Origin: Alphaproteobacteria bacterium
GTDB taxonomy: Bacteria > Pseudomonadota > Alphaproteobacteria > SP197
Reading direction: 5' to 3'
Length of the DNA stretch: 64,000 bases
NCBI GenBank assembly: GCA_964291415.2
Contig: OZ219919.1
Location: forward strand, 32,001 to 96,000
In this document: positions 49,749 through 59,440 of the stretch, in pieces
Layout of the letters: each line of letters starts with the position of its first letter
How positions within the stretch are numbered: the stretch's first letter is position 1
Notes under the pieces: generated by a model
What the model was told of the DNA's origin: nothing
Seen by the model: only the letters and a program-made list of their open reading frames with translations
Databases searched by the model: none
Made by a program: the position numbers and the translations under genes

Positions 49749-51347
49749 ATGAGCAAACAACAACTCGACTGGATGATTGACGAGATCAGGGCCGGCCGCC
49801 TTGATCGCAGGGAATTCATCGGTCGCGCCGGCCAGCTCGGCGTCGGAGTGGCTGCAGCAACGACCATGTTGAGCAGCGCCGGCATCGCCGAAACGCCGAT
49901 CAAGGGTGGCGAGGTCCGCGTCAGCCCGGAGTACACCGGTGCCGAAGAGACCTACGATCCCACCAAGATGACCAACAGCACGGACATCCAGCGTGCCTAT
50001 CAGGTCTACAACAGGCTGACCAACCTTGACCGCGACATGAATGTCGTTCCCAACCTGGCGGCCGAATGGGAGGCCACCAACCAGGCTTCCGAGTGGACCT
50101 TCAAGTTGCGCGAGGGAGTCGAGTTCCACGACGGAAAGACCCTGACCGCAGACGATGTCATCTACTCCCTTGGCGAACACATCAAGGAAGGCTCCGAATC
50201 GCCTTCCAAGCCCCTGCTTGCACCCATCGTGGACATGCGGGCCGATGGACCCAACGTCGTCAAGATCACCCTCGATTCGGGCAATGCCGACTTCCCGGTC
50301 ACACTGGGGCACGACTATCACACGTCGATCGTCAAGGAAGGCTGGAAGGACGGTGATCCCGTTGTCGGCACCGGACCCTACAAGGTCGTGGAGTTCACCC
50401 CGGGGCTGGCCTCGGTCGCCGAGAAGAACGCAAACTACTGGAATCCGGATGCCGGTCACGTCTCGACCTTCATCACCCAGGGAATTCCCGACAACGCGGC
50501 ACGGTCGAGCGCCCTGCAGGCCGGTGATGTCGACTTCGACCTTGATGTCGAACCCCGCGTTACCGCGTTGCTGGGCCAGAATCCCGGTGTCAAGGTCTAC
50601 TCGACGCCTTCCGGCTCCTGGTTTGCCTGGATCATGGCAACCGACAGGGCGCCCACGGACGATCTCAACCTGCGCCTGGCGATGAAACACGCCGTCGACC
50701 GGAATGTCGTCGTCGATACGGTGATGGTCGGGCATGGCCGGATCGGCAACGACTTCCCGGTCAACCCGGGACTGCCGACCTACTGCGACGCCATCCCGCA
50801 GCACAACTACGATCCGGAAAAGGCCAAGTGGCACTGGGACAAGACCGGTCTCTCGTCGATCGAGCTTGCCGTCGCGAACGCGGCGCATTCGAACGCCATC
50901 GACGCCAGCACCATTCTCCAGGAGCACGCGCGGGAAGCGGGCATTTCCATCGAACTCAACCGTGTGCCCGATGACGGCTACTGGAGCCACACCTGGATGC
51001 AGGTGCCGTTCTGTGCGACCGGCTGGAACTCCCGTCCGACCGCCGATGCGATCCTGACGATCGCCCATGCCTGTGGCGGGTCCTGGAACGAGACGTTCTG
51101 GTGCAACGAGCGGTTTGACGAGTTGCTCGTCATGGGCCGTCTGGAGACGGACGAGGCCAAGCGCCTGGAAATCTACTGCGAGGCGTGCACCCTGCTGCAC
51201 GACGACGGTGGACTGTTCCTGCCTTTCTTCATGAACTACATCGAGGCAACCTCGTCGCGGATCCAGAACTATCACGGCAGTCCTGCCTTCTCGGGCGGCG
51301 CCGGATGGCCTTACGAGGAAGTCTGGATCGACGAAAGCAAGGCCTGA
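49749..51347 (+). CDS. ABC transporter substrate-binding protein, family 5 (copy 1)
   Basis: Twin-arginine signal DRREF; PNLAAEWE, FKLREGVEFHDG..LTADDV.YS, GTGPY. Confidence 0.92.
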   Translation: MSKQQLDWMIDEIRAGRLDRREFIGRAGQLGVGVAAATTMLSSAGIAETPIKGGEVRVSPEYTGAEETYDPTKMTNSTDIQRAYQVYNRLTNLDRDMNVVPNLAAEWEATNQASEWTFKLREGVEFHDGKTLTADDVIYSLGEHIKEGSESPSKPLLAPIVDMRADGPNVVKITLDSGNADFPVTLGHDYHTSIVKEGWKDGDPVVGTGPYKVVEFTPGLASVAEKNANYWNPDAGHVSTFITQGIPDNAARSSALQAGDVDFDLDVEPRVTALLGQNPGVKVYSTPSGSWFAWIMATDRAPTDDLNLRLAMKHAVDRNVVVDTVMVGHGRIGNDFPVNPGLPTYCDAIPQHNYDPEKAKWHWDKTGLSSIELAVANAAHSNAIDASTILQEHAREAGISIELNRVPDDGYWSHTWMQVPFCATGWNSRPTADAILTIAHACGGSWNETFWCNERFDELLVMGRLETDEAKRLEIYCEACTLLHDDGGLFLPFFMNYIEATSSRIQNYHGSPAFSGGAGWPYEEVWIDESKA

Positions 51348-51374
51348 TCAACCAGGCCGCCTGATGATTCGGGC

Positions 51375-51410
51375 AAGCGCCAGCGGCTTTTGCCGCTGGC
51401 GCTTTTCTTT
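51375..51410 (+). terminator. Intrinsic terminator after SBP copy 1
   Basis: 13-bp stem aagcgccagcggc/gccgctggcgctt, tttt loop, followed by ttcttt. Confidence 0.85.
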
Positions 51411-51594
51411 CTGAAGTCCGCAGGAATGCGATGCGGCGATCACGGCGGCAGGCCGCCGGTGAAGCCAGGGTCCAACAGCGCCTTGCAGCACCCGCAGGAC
51501 TTTCCTCGAGGCCCGACCCGGACTAGGCTTGGATCTCGCATGCGTGCCCTCTGCGGCACGACAATGAACAAGAACCGACAGGGAAAGCGCCAAC

Positions 51595-53193
51595 ATGAGC
51601 AAACAACAACTCGTCTGGATGATTGACGAGATCAGGGCCGGCCGCCTTGACCGCAGGGAATTCATCGGTCGCGCCGGTCAGCTCGGCGTCGGAGTGGCTG
51701 CAGCAACGACCATGTTGAGCAGTGCCGGCATCGCCGAAACGCCGATCAAGGGCGGCGAGGTCCACGTCAGCCCGGAGTATACCGGTGCCGAAGAGACCTA
51801 CGATCCCACCAAGATGACCAACAGCACGGACATCCAGCGTGCCTATCAGGTCTACAACAGGCTGACCAACCTTGACCGCGACATGAATGTCGTTCCCAAC
51901 CTGGCGGCCGAATGGGAAGCCACCAACCAGGCGTCCGAGTGGACCTTCAAGCTGCGCGAGGGAGTCGAGTTCCATGACGGAAAGACCCTCACTGCGGACG
52001 ATGTCATCTACTCCCTTGGCGAACACATCAAGGAAGGCTCCGAATCGCCTTCCAAGCCCCTGCTTGCACCCATCGTGGACATGCGGGCCGACGGACCCAA
52101 CGTCGTCAAGATCACCCTCGATTCGGGCAATGCCGACTTCCCGGTCACACTGGGGCACGACTATCACACGTCGATCGTCAAGGAAGGCTGGAAGGACGGT
52201 GATCCCGTTGTCGGCACCGGACCCTACAAGGTCGTGGAGTTCACTCCGGGGCTGGCCTCGGTCGCCGAGAAAAACGAGAACTACTGGAATTCGAATGCCG
52301 GTCACGTCTCGACCTTCATCACCCAGGGAATTCCCGACAACGCGGCACGGTCCAGCGCCCTGCAGGCCGGTGATATCGACATCGACATCAGTATCGAGCC
52401 CCGTCTTGCCTCGTTGCTGGGCCAGAATCCCGGTGTCAAGGTCCACTCGATTCCGTCGGGGTCCTGGTTTGCCTGGATCATGGCGACCGACAGGGCACCA
52501 ACGGACGATCTCAACCTGCGTCTGGCGATGAAACACGCCGTCGACCGGAACGTTGTCGTCGATACGGTGATGGTCGGGCATGGCCGGATCGGCAACGATT
52601 TCCCGGTCAATCCCGGGCTGCCGACCTACTGTGACGCCATCCCGCAGCACAACTACGATCCGGAAAAGGCCAAGTGGCACTGGGACAAGACCGGTCTTTC
52701 GTCGATCGAGCTTGCCGTATCGAACGCGGCGCATTCGAACGCCATCGACGCCAGCACCATTCTCCAGGAGCACGCGCGGGAAGCGGGCATTTCCATCGAA
52801 CTCAACCGTGTGCCCGATGACGGCTACTGGAGCCACACCTGGATGCAGGTGCCGTTCTGTGCGACCGGCTGGAACTCCCGTCCGACCGCCGATGCGATCC
52901 TGACGATCGCCCATGCCTGTGGCGGGTCCTGGAACGAGACGTTCTGGTGCAACGAACGCTTCGACGAACTGCTCGTCATGGGCCGTCTGGAGACGGACGA
53001 GGCCAAGCGCCTGGAAATCTACTGCGAGGCGTGCGCCCTGCTGCATGACGACGGTGGACTGTTCCTGCCGTTCTTCACGAACTACATCGAGGCCACCACG
53101 TCGCGGATCCAGAACTACCACGGTAGCCCTGCCTTCTCGGGGGGCGCCGGATGGCCTTACGAGGAGATCTGGATCGACGAAAGCAAGGCCTGA
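51595..53193 (+). CDS. ABC transporter substrate-binding protein, family 5 (copy 2)
   Basis: 532 aa; 20 substitutions relative to copy 1 by manual comparison. Confidence 0.92.
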   Translation: MSKQQLVWMIDEIRAGRLDRREFIGRAGQLGVGVAAATTMLSSAGIAETPIKGGEVHVSPEYTGAEETYDPTKMTNSTDIQRAYQVYNRLTNLDRDMNVVPNLAAEWEATNQASEWTFKLREGVEFHDGKTLTADDVIYSLGEHIKEGSESPSKPLLAPIVDMRADGPNVVKITLDSGNADFPVTLGHDYHTSIVKEGWKDGDPVVGTGPYKVVEFTPGLASVAEKNENYWNSNAGHVSTFITQGIPDNAARSSALQAGDIDIDISIEPRLASLLGQNPGVKVHSIPSGSWFAWIMATDRAPTDDLNLRLAMKHAVDRNVVVDTVMVGHGRIGNDFPVNPGLPTYCDAIPQHNYDPEKAKWHWDKTGLSSIELAVSNAAHSNAIDASTILQEHAREAGISIELNRVPDDGYWSHTWMQVPFCATGWNSRPTADAILTIAHACGGSWNETFWCNERFDELLVMGRLETDEAKRLEIYCEACALLHDDGGLFLPFFTNYIEATTSRIQNYHGSPAFSGGAGWPYEEIWIDESKA

Positions 53194-53219
53194 TTGATCA
53201 GATCACCTGACGATTCTGG

Positions 53220-53256
53220 CAGGCGCCGGCGGCTGTTGCTGCCGGCGCCTGTCTTT
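53220..53256 (+). terminator. Hairpin after SBP copy 2 (weak terminator or mRNA-stabilising stem)
   Basis: Stem caggcgccggcggc/gctgccggcgcctg with one G-U pair, tgtt loop, short tcttt tail. Confidence 0.65.
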
Positions 53257-53277
53257 CCGGAGGCCTGAGGAAGGGCG

Positions 53278-54816
53278 ATGCGGCGATCACGGCGGCAGGC
53301 CGCTGGCAGAAGGAAGGAACAGGGAGGATCCCGCAAGGTTCCGCAGCTGCCGTGGACCGTTGTGCGCAATCCCTACCCGGCGGTGGACATTGCCGGAGAC
53401 GACGATGTCGAGGCCATACACGACGCCTCGATGCGCGTCCTCGAGGAAACAGGGATCAACATTCTCCTCGGGGAGGCGCGCGATATCCTCCGTGACGCCG
53501 GTGTCGCCGTCACACCGGGCGAGACCCGGGTGCGGTTCGAGCGCGGCTTCATCGAGGAAGCGGTTGCGCGAGCGCCCCGGCAATGGACCCTCCACGCCCG
53601 CAATCCGGCACGAAGCCGGGTCATGGGGGGCAACCACATCAACTTCTTCCCCGTGGCCGGCAACCCGAATGTCTCCGACCTCGAGGGCGGCCGACGGGCG
53701 GGCAATCTCGCCGACTATCGCAACCTGCTGCGCCTTGCCCAGGTCATCAATGCGGTGCATGGCTGCACGCCCATGCTGGAACCCGTCGAGGTCGATCCCG
53801 ATATCCGCTATCTCGACATCGTTGGCGAACAGCTCTTCCTGACCGACAAGATCGCCTTCGGCTACTCGCTCGGCCGCCGCAAGATCAACGACGCCATCGA
53901 CATGGTCCGCATCGCCCGTGGCATCAGTGACTCCGTACTCCTCGAGGAGCCCAGCATCTGGACGGTCGTCAACTGCAACTCCCCACTGCAGCTCGATGTG
54001 CCGATGCTGCTCGGCATGATCGAAATGGCGCGGCGCAACCAGGTCATCGTCGTCACGCCGTTCACGCTTGCGGGCGCCATGGCGCCGGTATCCATTGCCG
54101 GAGCACTGACCCAGCAGAATGCCGAGGCGCTTGCCGCCATTGCCTTCTGCCAGACGGTGCGACCGGGAACTCCGGTGGTCTACGGCGGCTTTACCAGCAA
54201 TGTCGACATGAAGTCCGGTTCACCGGCCTTTGGCACGCCGGAGTACGTAAAGGCGGTCCTCCTTGGCGGCCAGATGGCGCGTCACTACGCCCTTCCCTAT
54301 CGCTCGTCCATCGTCAACGCCGCCAACTGGCCGGATGCCCAGGCGACCTACGAAAGCGCCATGTCTCTGTGGGCGACCGTCCAGGGTCACACCAACATGG
54401 TGATGCACAGCTTCGGCTGGATGGAAGGGGGACTCAGTGCCTCGTTCGAAAAGATCGCCATTGATCTCGAAATGGTCCAGACCATGATCAAGGCCCTGGA
54501 GCCGGTGGACTTTTCGGAACCCGAACTCGCCGTCGACGCCATTGCCGATGTCGGTCCCGGGGGACACTTCTTCGGTACGCGCCATACTCTCGAACGCTAC
54601 GAAACCGCCTTCTACGAGCCGGTTCTCTCGGACTGGCGCAACTTCGAGACCTGGAAGAGCGACGGCGCCATCGACGCCACCCGGCGGGCCACCAGGGTGT
54701 GGCGTCAGCTACTCGATGAATACGAGACGCCTGACATGGACCCCGGCATTGCAGAAGAACTGACCGCCTTCATCCGCCGGCGAAAGCAGGAAGGCGGCGC
54801 CACGGCAGACGACTGA
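53278..54816 (+). CDS. Trimethylamine methyltransferase (MttB superfamily, non-pyrrolysine, MtgB-like)
   Basis: ARNP, NCNSPL, PFTLAGAMAP, GGFTSNVDMKSGSPAFGTPE, GWMEGGL, VGPGGHF; no in-frame amber codon. Confidence 0.92.
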   Translation: MRRSRRQAAGRRKEQGGSRKVPQLPWTVVRNPYPAVDIAGDDDVEAIHDASMRVLEETGINILLGEARDILRDAGVAVTPGETRVRFERGFIEEAVARAPRQWTLHARNPARSRVMGGNHINFFPVAGNPNVSDLEGGRRAGNLADYRNLLRLAQVINAVHGCTPMLEPVEVDPDIRYLDIVGEQLFLTDKIAFGYSLGRRKINDAIDMVRIARGISDSVLLEEPSIWTVVNCNSPLQLDVPMLLGMIEMARRNQVIVVTPFTLAGAMAPVSIAGALTQQNAEALAAIAFCQTVRPGTPVVYGGFTSNVDMKSGSPAFGTPEYVKAVLLGGQMARHYALPYRSSIVNAANWPDAQATYESAMSLWATVQGHTNMVMHSFGWMEGGLSASFEKIAIDLEMVQTMIKALEPVDFSEPELAVDAIADVGPGGHFFGTRHTLERYETAFYEPVLSDWRNFETWKSDGAIDATRRATRVWRQLLDEYETPDMDPGIAEELTAFIRRRKQEGGATADD

Positions 54817-54938
54817 TCCTTGAGGGATCTGTGCCGCCGGTCACTTTCAGGTCTGGACGGCTGTCGGGGCATCGCGCCTGACGTCTGCAACGTCCGGGAG
54901 CATTGCCCGCTCCGCGGGATGATGGTATCTGTCAGATA

Positions 54939-55025
54939 TCCGTCGGGGTGCTCGAAGAGAGCTGAGAGATCTTGAGTGATCGACCCGTGGAACCTGACCC
55001 GGATCATGCCGGCGTAGGAAACGGA
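54939..55025 (+). ncRNA. TPP riboswitch (THI element)
   Basis: ggggtgc...gctgaga...gaccc..gaacctga.ccggatcatgccggcgtagg; P1 tccgt/acgga; directly upstream of thiD. Confidence 0.93.
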
Positions 55026-55089
55026 AAGAGCCCCCGGGTTTTCATCCGCCTCATGCCGTCCGATCCGGATGACACGCGGAGGACACGAT

Positions 55090-55905
55090 GTGGCCACGAT
55101 ACCCGTCGCGCTGACCATCGCTGGTTCCGACAGCGGCGCAGGCGCCGGAATCCAGGCTGACCTCAAGGCGATCGCTTCCTTCGGAGTCTACGGCACCAGC
55201 GTCATCACGGCTGTCACCGCTCAGAACACAGTGGCCGTCACCGCCGTGGCGGAACTCGACCCCGGCGTCGTTGCCGCGCAGATGCGGGCGGTGTTCGACG
55301 ACTTCCAGGTCCGGGCGATCAAGATCGGCATGCTTTCATCGCCCGGAATCATCCGGACCGTCGCCCGCGAACTCGACGGATCGACCGCGCCAGTGGTTCT
55401 GGACCCGGTCATGGTAGCGAAATCGGGAGATGTGCTGCTTCGCGACGAGGCCGTCTCGGCGCTCGTGGAGGAGCTCATTCCCCTTGCCACCGTATTGACG
55501 CCGAACCTCCCCGAGGCGGCACGGCTCCTCGAGACTTCCACTGCCATGACCATGGACGGGATGCGCGAACAGGGCGAGGCACTGCTCGATCTTGGACCAT
55601 CGGCGATCTTGATGAAGGGCGGACACGCGCCCGGCGCCGAGTGCCGGGACATCCTCGTCACCCGAGAAGGCGAACCGAGGGTCTTTTCCGCCTCACGCAT
55701 CGCTACGCGAAACACGCATGGGACGGGGTGCACGCTCTCCGCGGCGATCGCTGCGGGGCTCGCGAGAGGCCGGGCGCTGACGGAAGCGACGGCCGGGGCG
55801 CATGCCTACCTCAACGGTGCCCTGCATGCAGCGGACCGGCTTGACCTTGGATCCGGACACGGGCCCGTTCATCACTTCTACTGGACATCGGGACATGACG
55901 GTTGA
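55090..55905 (+). CDS. thiD: Hydroxymethylpyrimidine/phosphomethylpyrimidine kinase
   Basis: LTIAGSDSGAGAGIQADLK, DPVM, TPNLPEA, THGTGC; GTG start with a GGAGGA RBS. Confidence 0.95.
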   Translation: MATIPVALTIAGSDSGAGAGIQADLKAIASFGVYGTSVITAVTAQNTVAVTAVAELDPGVVAAQMRAVFDDFQVRAIKIGMLSSPGIIRTVARELDGSTAPVVLDPVMVAKSGDVLLRDEAVSALVEELIPLATVLTPNLPEAARLLETSTAMTMDGMREQGEALLDLGPSAILMKGGHAPGAECRDILVTREGEPRVFSASRIATRNTHGTGCTLSAAIAAGLARGRALTEATAGAHAYLNGALHAADRLDLGSGHGPVHHFYWTSGHDG

Positions 55906-56902
55906 TGTCCAGATCCACGGCGCGGGCGTGGCCGGACTCTGCGTGGCCACCGCGATCGTCGAGAGAGGCGGCCGCGTGACGCTCCGTGACAGGCATCCGG
56001 AGCCCGGGGCGCATGCCTGCTCATGGTGGGCCGGCGGCATGCTGGCGCCGGACTGCGAGGGCGAGACGGCGGATGAGGCCGTGGTCAGGTTCGGGCGGGA
56101 GGCTGCCGCGTGGTGGCAGGCACGGACCGACGCCGTGACGTCCAACGGTACCCTGGTCCTGGCGCTGGCGCGGGACGCGGGCGATCTGCAGCGGTTTGCC
56201 CGCCGGACACGCAATCACCGGTCTCTCGACGGCGACGCGATCGACGCGCTCGAGCCCGACCTCGCCGGCAGGTTCCGGCGCGGCCTGTTCTTCCCGAACG
56301 AGGCCCATCTCACGCCCCGCACGGCGCTTCGCGCCCTCGTGCGTCGCCTGAGCGATTGCGGAGTTCTGGTGGAACCGGCCGACGACGGCCCGCCACGACC
56401 TGCATCCGACGGGGTCACCTCAATCGACTGTCGAGGGTTGGCGGCGTGCGATGCTCTGGGTGAACTTCGCGGGGTCAAGGGCGAGATGCTCCTGCTCCGC
56501 TGTGCGGACATTCGTCTCCGCCGGCCGGTCCGCCTGCTGCATCCCCGCATTCCCCTCTACGTGGTACCCCACGGCGACGATGTCTACATGCTCGGCGCCA
56601 CCATGATCGAGGCGAGCGAGAGGGAACGCATCACGGCTCGCTCGCTCCTCGAGCTGCTGTCTGCTGCCTATGCGCTCCACCCGGCATTCGGAGAGGCCGA
56701 AGTGCTGGAAATTGGTGTCGATGCGCGCCCCGCATTTCCCGACAATTGTCCGCGCATCCTGCGTGACGGCCACGCTCTCTACGTAAACGGACTCTTCCGG
56801 CACGGATTCCTGCTGGCGCCGGCCCTGTCGCGCATGGTGGCGGATCTGGTGTTCGAAAGCGATGCTCCGGAGGTGATGGATGAAACTGTATCTCAACGGT
56901 GA
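55895..56902 (+). CDS. thiO: Glycine oxidase
   Basis: GAGVAG, AGGMLAP, GVKGEM, NGLFRHGFLLAP; thiamine operon context. Confidence 0.92.
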   Translation: MTVDVQIHGAGVAGLCVATAIVERGGRVTLRDRHPEPGAHACSWWAGGMLAPDCEGETADEAVVRFGREAAAWWQARTDAVTSNGTLVLALARDAGDLQRFARRTRNHRSLDGDAIDALEPDLAGRFRRGLFFPNEAHLTPRTALRALVRRLSDCGVLVEPADDGPPRPASDGVTSIDCRGLAACDALGELRGVKGEMLLLRCADIRLRRPVRLLHPRIPLYVVPHGDDVYMLGATMIEASERERITARSLLELLSAAYALHPAFGEAEVLEIGVDARPAFPDNCPRILRDGHALYVNGLFRHGFLLAPALSRMVADLVFESDAPEVMDETVSQR

Positions 56903-57077
56903 GGTCTTGGAGGTCGAGGCCGGCACCCTTGCCGCCCTCCTCGAAGAACGCGGCCTCGGCGGTCGCGTGGTCGGTACCGCTGTCAACGAAGTCTTCGTGG
57001 CGGCAGCGAGCCGGGAGACGAGGCAACTCAAGAACGGCGACCGGGTCGAAGTGGTCGCGCCGATGCAGGGGGGATGA
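56880..57077 (+). CDS. thiS: Sulfur carrier protein
   Basis: 65 aa ubiquitin-like protein with C-terminal GG. Confidence 0.95.
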   Translation: MKLYLNGEVLEVEAGTLAALLEERGLGGRVVGTAVNEVFVAAASRETRQLKNGDRVEVVAPMQGG

Positions 57078-57850
57078 TGAGAAAGGACTTCTACGGTACC
57101 GAACTCGCCACGCCTCTCATGCTGGGGACGGCGCAGTATCCCTCTCCCGCAGTGCTCGCAGGCGCGTTTCGCGAGTCGGGCGCATCTGTTGCCACGGTGT
57201 CCCTGCGCCGTGAGGGCAGCGGCGGGGCGGGCGGGGCTTTCTGGGACCTCATCCGCGACCTCGGCGTCCACGTGCTTCCCAACACAGCGGGCTGCCACAC
57301 GGTGAAGGAAGCGGTGACGACCGCGCACATGGCCCGGGAGGTCTTCGCGACGCCCTGGATCAAGCTCGAAGTCATCGGTCACACCGACACGCTGCAGCCG
57401 GACGTCTTCGCCCTCGTCGAGGCAGCTGGAATCCTTGCCGAAGACGGATTCGAGGTTTTCCCCTACACCACCGAGGACCTGGTGGCGGCCGAGCGGCTCG
57501 TGGAGGCGGGCTGCAGGGTCCTGATGCCGTGGGCGGCGCCCATCGGTTCCGGTCTGGGGCCCATCAATGAATACGGCCTTCGCAGCCTGCGCGCCCACTT
57601 TCCCGATATTGCCCTCGTCGTGGACGCAGGCCTGGGACTGCCGTCGCACGCCGCCAGGGTGATGGAGATGGGCTATGACGCCATTCTTGTCAATTCCGCG
57701 GTGGCCCGGGCCGGTGACCCGGTGGCGATGGCGGACGCCTTCGCGAAGTCGGTCGAGGCCGGGGCGGCCGCGGCGGAGGCCGACCCCATGGACACGCGGG
57801 ACATGGCCGCGCCATCGACGCCGGTCATCGGAAAGGCCTTCCTGGCATGA
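57074..57850 (+). CDS. thiG: Thiazole synthase
   Basis: [34 protein letters not shown]. Confidence 0.96.
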   Translation: MMRKDFYGTELATPLMLGTAQYPSPAVLAGAFRESGASVATVSLRREGSGGAGGAFWDLIRDLGVHVLPNTAGCHTVKEAVTTAHMAREVFATPWIKLEVIGHTDTLQPDVFALVEAAGILAEDGFEVFPYTTEDLVAAERLVEAGCRVLMPWAAPIGSGLGPINEYGLRSLRAHFPDIALVVDAGLGLPSHAARVMEMGYDAILVNSAVARAGDPVAMADAFAKSVEAGAAAAEADPMDTRDMAAPSTPVIGKAFLA

Positions 57851-58461
57851 CTCTCGACAGCTTCTACCCGATCTTCGACGACTCGGACTGGCTCCGTCGC
57901 ACGCTGCCGCTGGGCGTGAAACTGGTCCAGCTCAGGATCAAGGAACGACCCGCCGACGAGATATACCGGCAGATCGTCCGGTCGAAGGAACTCTGCGCCC
58001 GGCACGGCGCGGTTCTCGTCGTCAACGACTACTGGCAGGCCGCCATCGATGCCGGCTGCGATTTCGTGCATCTCGGGCAGGAAGACCTCGATACGGCCGA
58101 TGTCGCGGCAATCCGCAAGGCGGGCCTCAGGCTCGGCGTCAGCACCCATGACCACGCCGAACTCGAGCGCGGGCTGGCGCTCGAGCCCGATTACGTGGCG
58201 CTCGGCCCGGTGTACCCGACGATCCTCAAGGCCATGAAATGGAAGGAACAGGGGCTCGAGAGGGTGACGGAGTGGAAGCGACGAATCGGTACCCGTCCGC
58301 TCGTGGCCATAGGCGGCATGACCGTCGAACGCGCGAGCGGTGTCCTGGCGGCCGGCGCCGACATCATCTCGGTGGTGACCGACATCACTCTCGATGCGGA
58401 TCCCGAATCCCGGGTGGCGGCATGGCTGGACGTCACCCGCTACAAGGAAAGGACGACATGA
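57847..58461 (+). CDS. thiE: Thiamine-phosphate synthase
   Basis: VQLRIK, VNDYW, VHLGQED, GVSTH, VAIGG. Confidence 0.95.
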   Translation: MTLDSFYPIFDDSDWLRRTLPLGVKLVQLRIKERPADEIYRQIVRSKELCARHGAVLVVNDYWQAAIDAGCDFVHLGQEDLDTADVAAIRKAGLRLGVSTHDHAELERGLALEPDYVALGPVYPTILKAMKWKEQGLERVTEWKRRIGTRPLVAIGGMTVERASGVLAAGADIISVVTDITLDADPESRVAAWLDVTRYKERTT

Positions 58462-58543
58462 TGACGACGGACCCGACGACGTCCCCTCGCACGATACCGT
58501 GCCCCCGCGACACGGAACTCCACGCTGCAGGCGGGAGCGCGCC

Positions 58544-59230
58544 ATGATCGCTCCGGATTACGGCAAGGCCTTCGGCCTGTGGCGAACCCACTCAGGCGAC
58601 GCCTGGTCCGCCTATGTCCGCCATCCGTTCGTCGAGAGCCTGGGAGACGGTTCCCTGCCACACCGGGCGTTCCTCAACTACCTCAAGCAGGACTATCTCT
58701 TCCTGGTGAACTTCGCCCGTGCCTGGGCGCTCGCGGTGGTGAAGTCACGGGACATGCGTGAAATGAGGGCAGCCGCTGCAGCCGTGGACGGGTTGGTGAA
58801 CCGCGAGATGGCGCTCCATGTCGAAACGTGTGCGGCAGCGGGCATTTCCGAGGACGACCTTCTCTCCTTGCACGAAGCTCCGCAGAACCTGGCCTACACG
58901 AGGTTCGTCCTCGAAAAGGGGTACTCCGGCGACTATCTCGACCTCATGGCGGCCCTTGCACCCTGCGGCATGGGCTACGGTGAGATCGGCCGGCGCCTTG
59001 CGAGGGAGGCCACCTCGTCTGTCTATCGGGAGTGGATCGACACCTACGGGAACGAGGCCTATCAGGACGGATGCCGGGAGTCCGGCGCGCTGATCGACGA
59101 GGCGCTCGAGAGCCGCCTGGGGCCCCGTTATGCCGAGACCCCGCGCTGGAAAGAGCTCTGTCACGTCTTCGAGATGGCGACCCGTCTCGAGGCGGCGTTC
59201 TGGGAGACCGGCTCGGCAGACTGCGCCTGA
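58544..59230 (+). CDS. tenA: TenA family protein (thiaminase II / aminopyrimidine aminohydrolase)
   Basis: HPFV, YLKQDYLFL, LAPC..GY.EIG with the catalytic Cys, WIDTY, LE..FW. Confidence 0.92.
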   Translation: MIAPDYGKAFGLWRTHSGDAWSAYVRHPFVESLGDGSLPHRAFLNYLKQDYLFLVNFARAWALAVVKSRDMREMRAAAAAVDGLVNREMALHVETCAAAGISEDDLLSLHEAPQNLAYTRFVLEKGYSGDYLDLMAALAPCGMGYGEIGRRLAREATSSVYREWIDTYGNEAYQDGCRESGALIDEALESRLGPRYAETPRWKELCHVFEMATRLEAAFWETGSADCA

Positions 59231-59369
59231 GGCGCCGGCGATCACTGCAAGCGGGCCCCTCCGAAGTTCCGCCCTCGAGGATCTGCCGGAAGGTATCGGG
59301 GCCGACTGATCCTGAATGCCCGAGCGCCTTGGCAACGCCGGAGTAGATTGGAGGGGAACAGGCTTGGGC

Positions 59370-59440
59370 TTGACATCATGCTACTATCAAGTGGACTATT
59401 TTCCTACATATAGTTGGGCAATTAGTAAACGGGAAAGTCC
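59370..59440 (+). promoter_or_regulatory. Putative sigma-70 promoter/operator region of the AbiE operon
   Basis: TTGACA at 59370 and an AT-rich stretch; imperfect inverted repeat ggactattttcc...gggaaagtcc (59393-59440). Confidence 0.5.

Larger units (their letters stand above)
49610..53303 (+). repeat. Tandem duplication, unit about 1846 bp
   Basis: ccggtgaagcc at 49610 and 51456; atgcggcgatcacggcggcaggccgc at 51431 and 53278; CDS starts are 1846 bp apart. Confidence 0.95.

Noticed and set aside
49677-53121. Two 532-aa antisense ORFs mirroring the SBP genes
   Set aside because: They are shadow ORFs caused by high-GC codon bias and duplicated along with the sense genes; no motifs.
53278-54816. 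Possible pyrrolysine-containing MttB
   Set aside because: The ORF is uninterrupted with no in-frame TAG, so it belongs to the non-Pyl branch.
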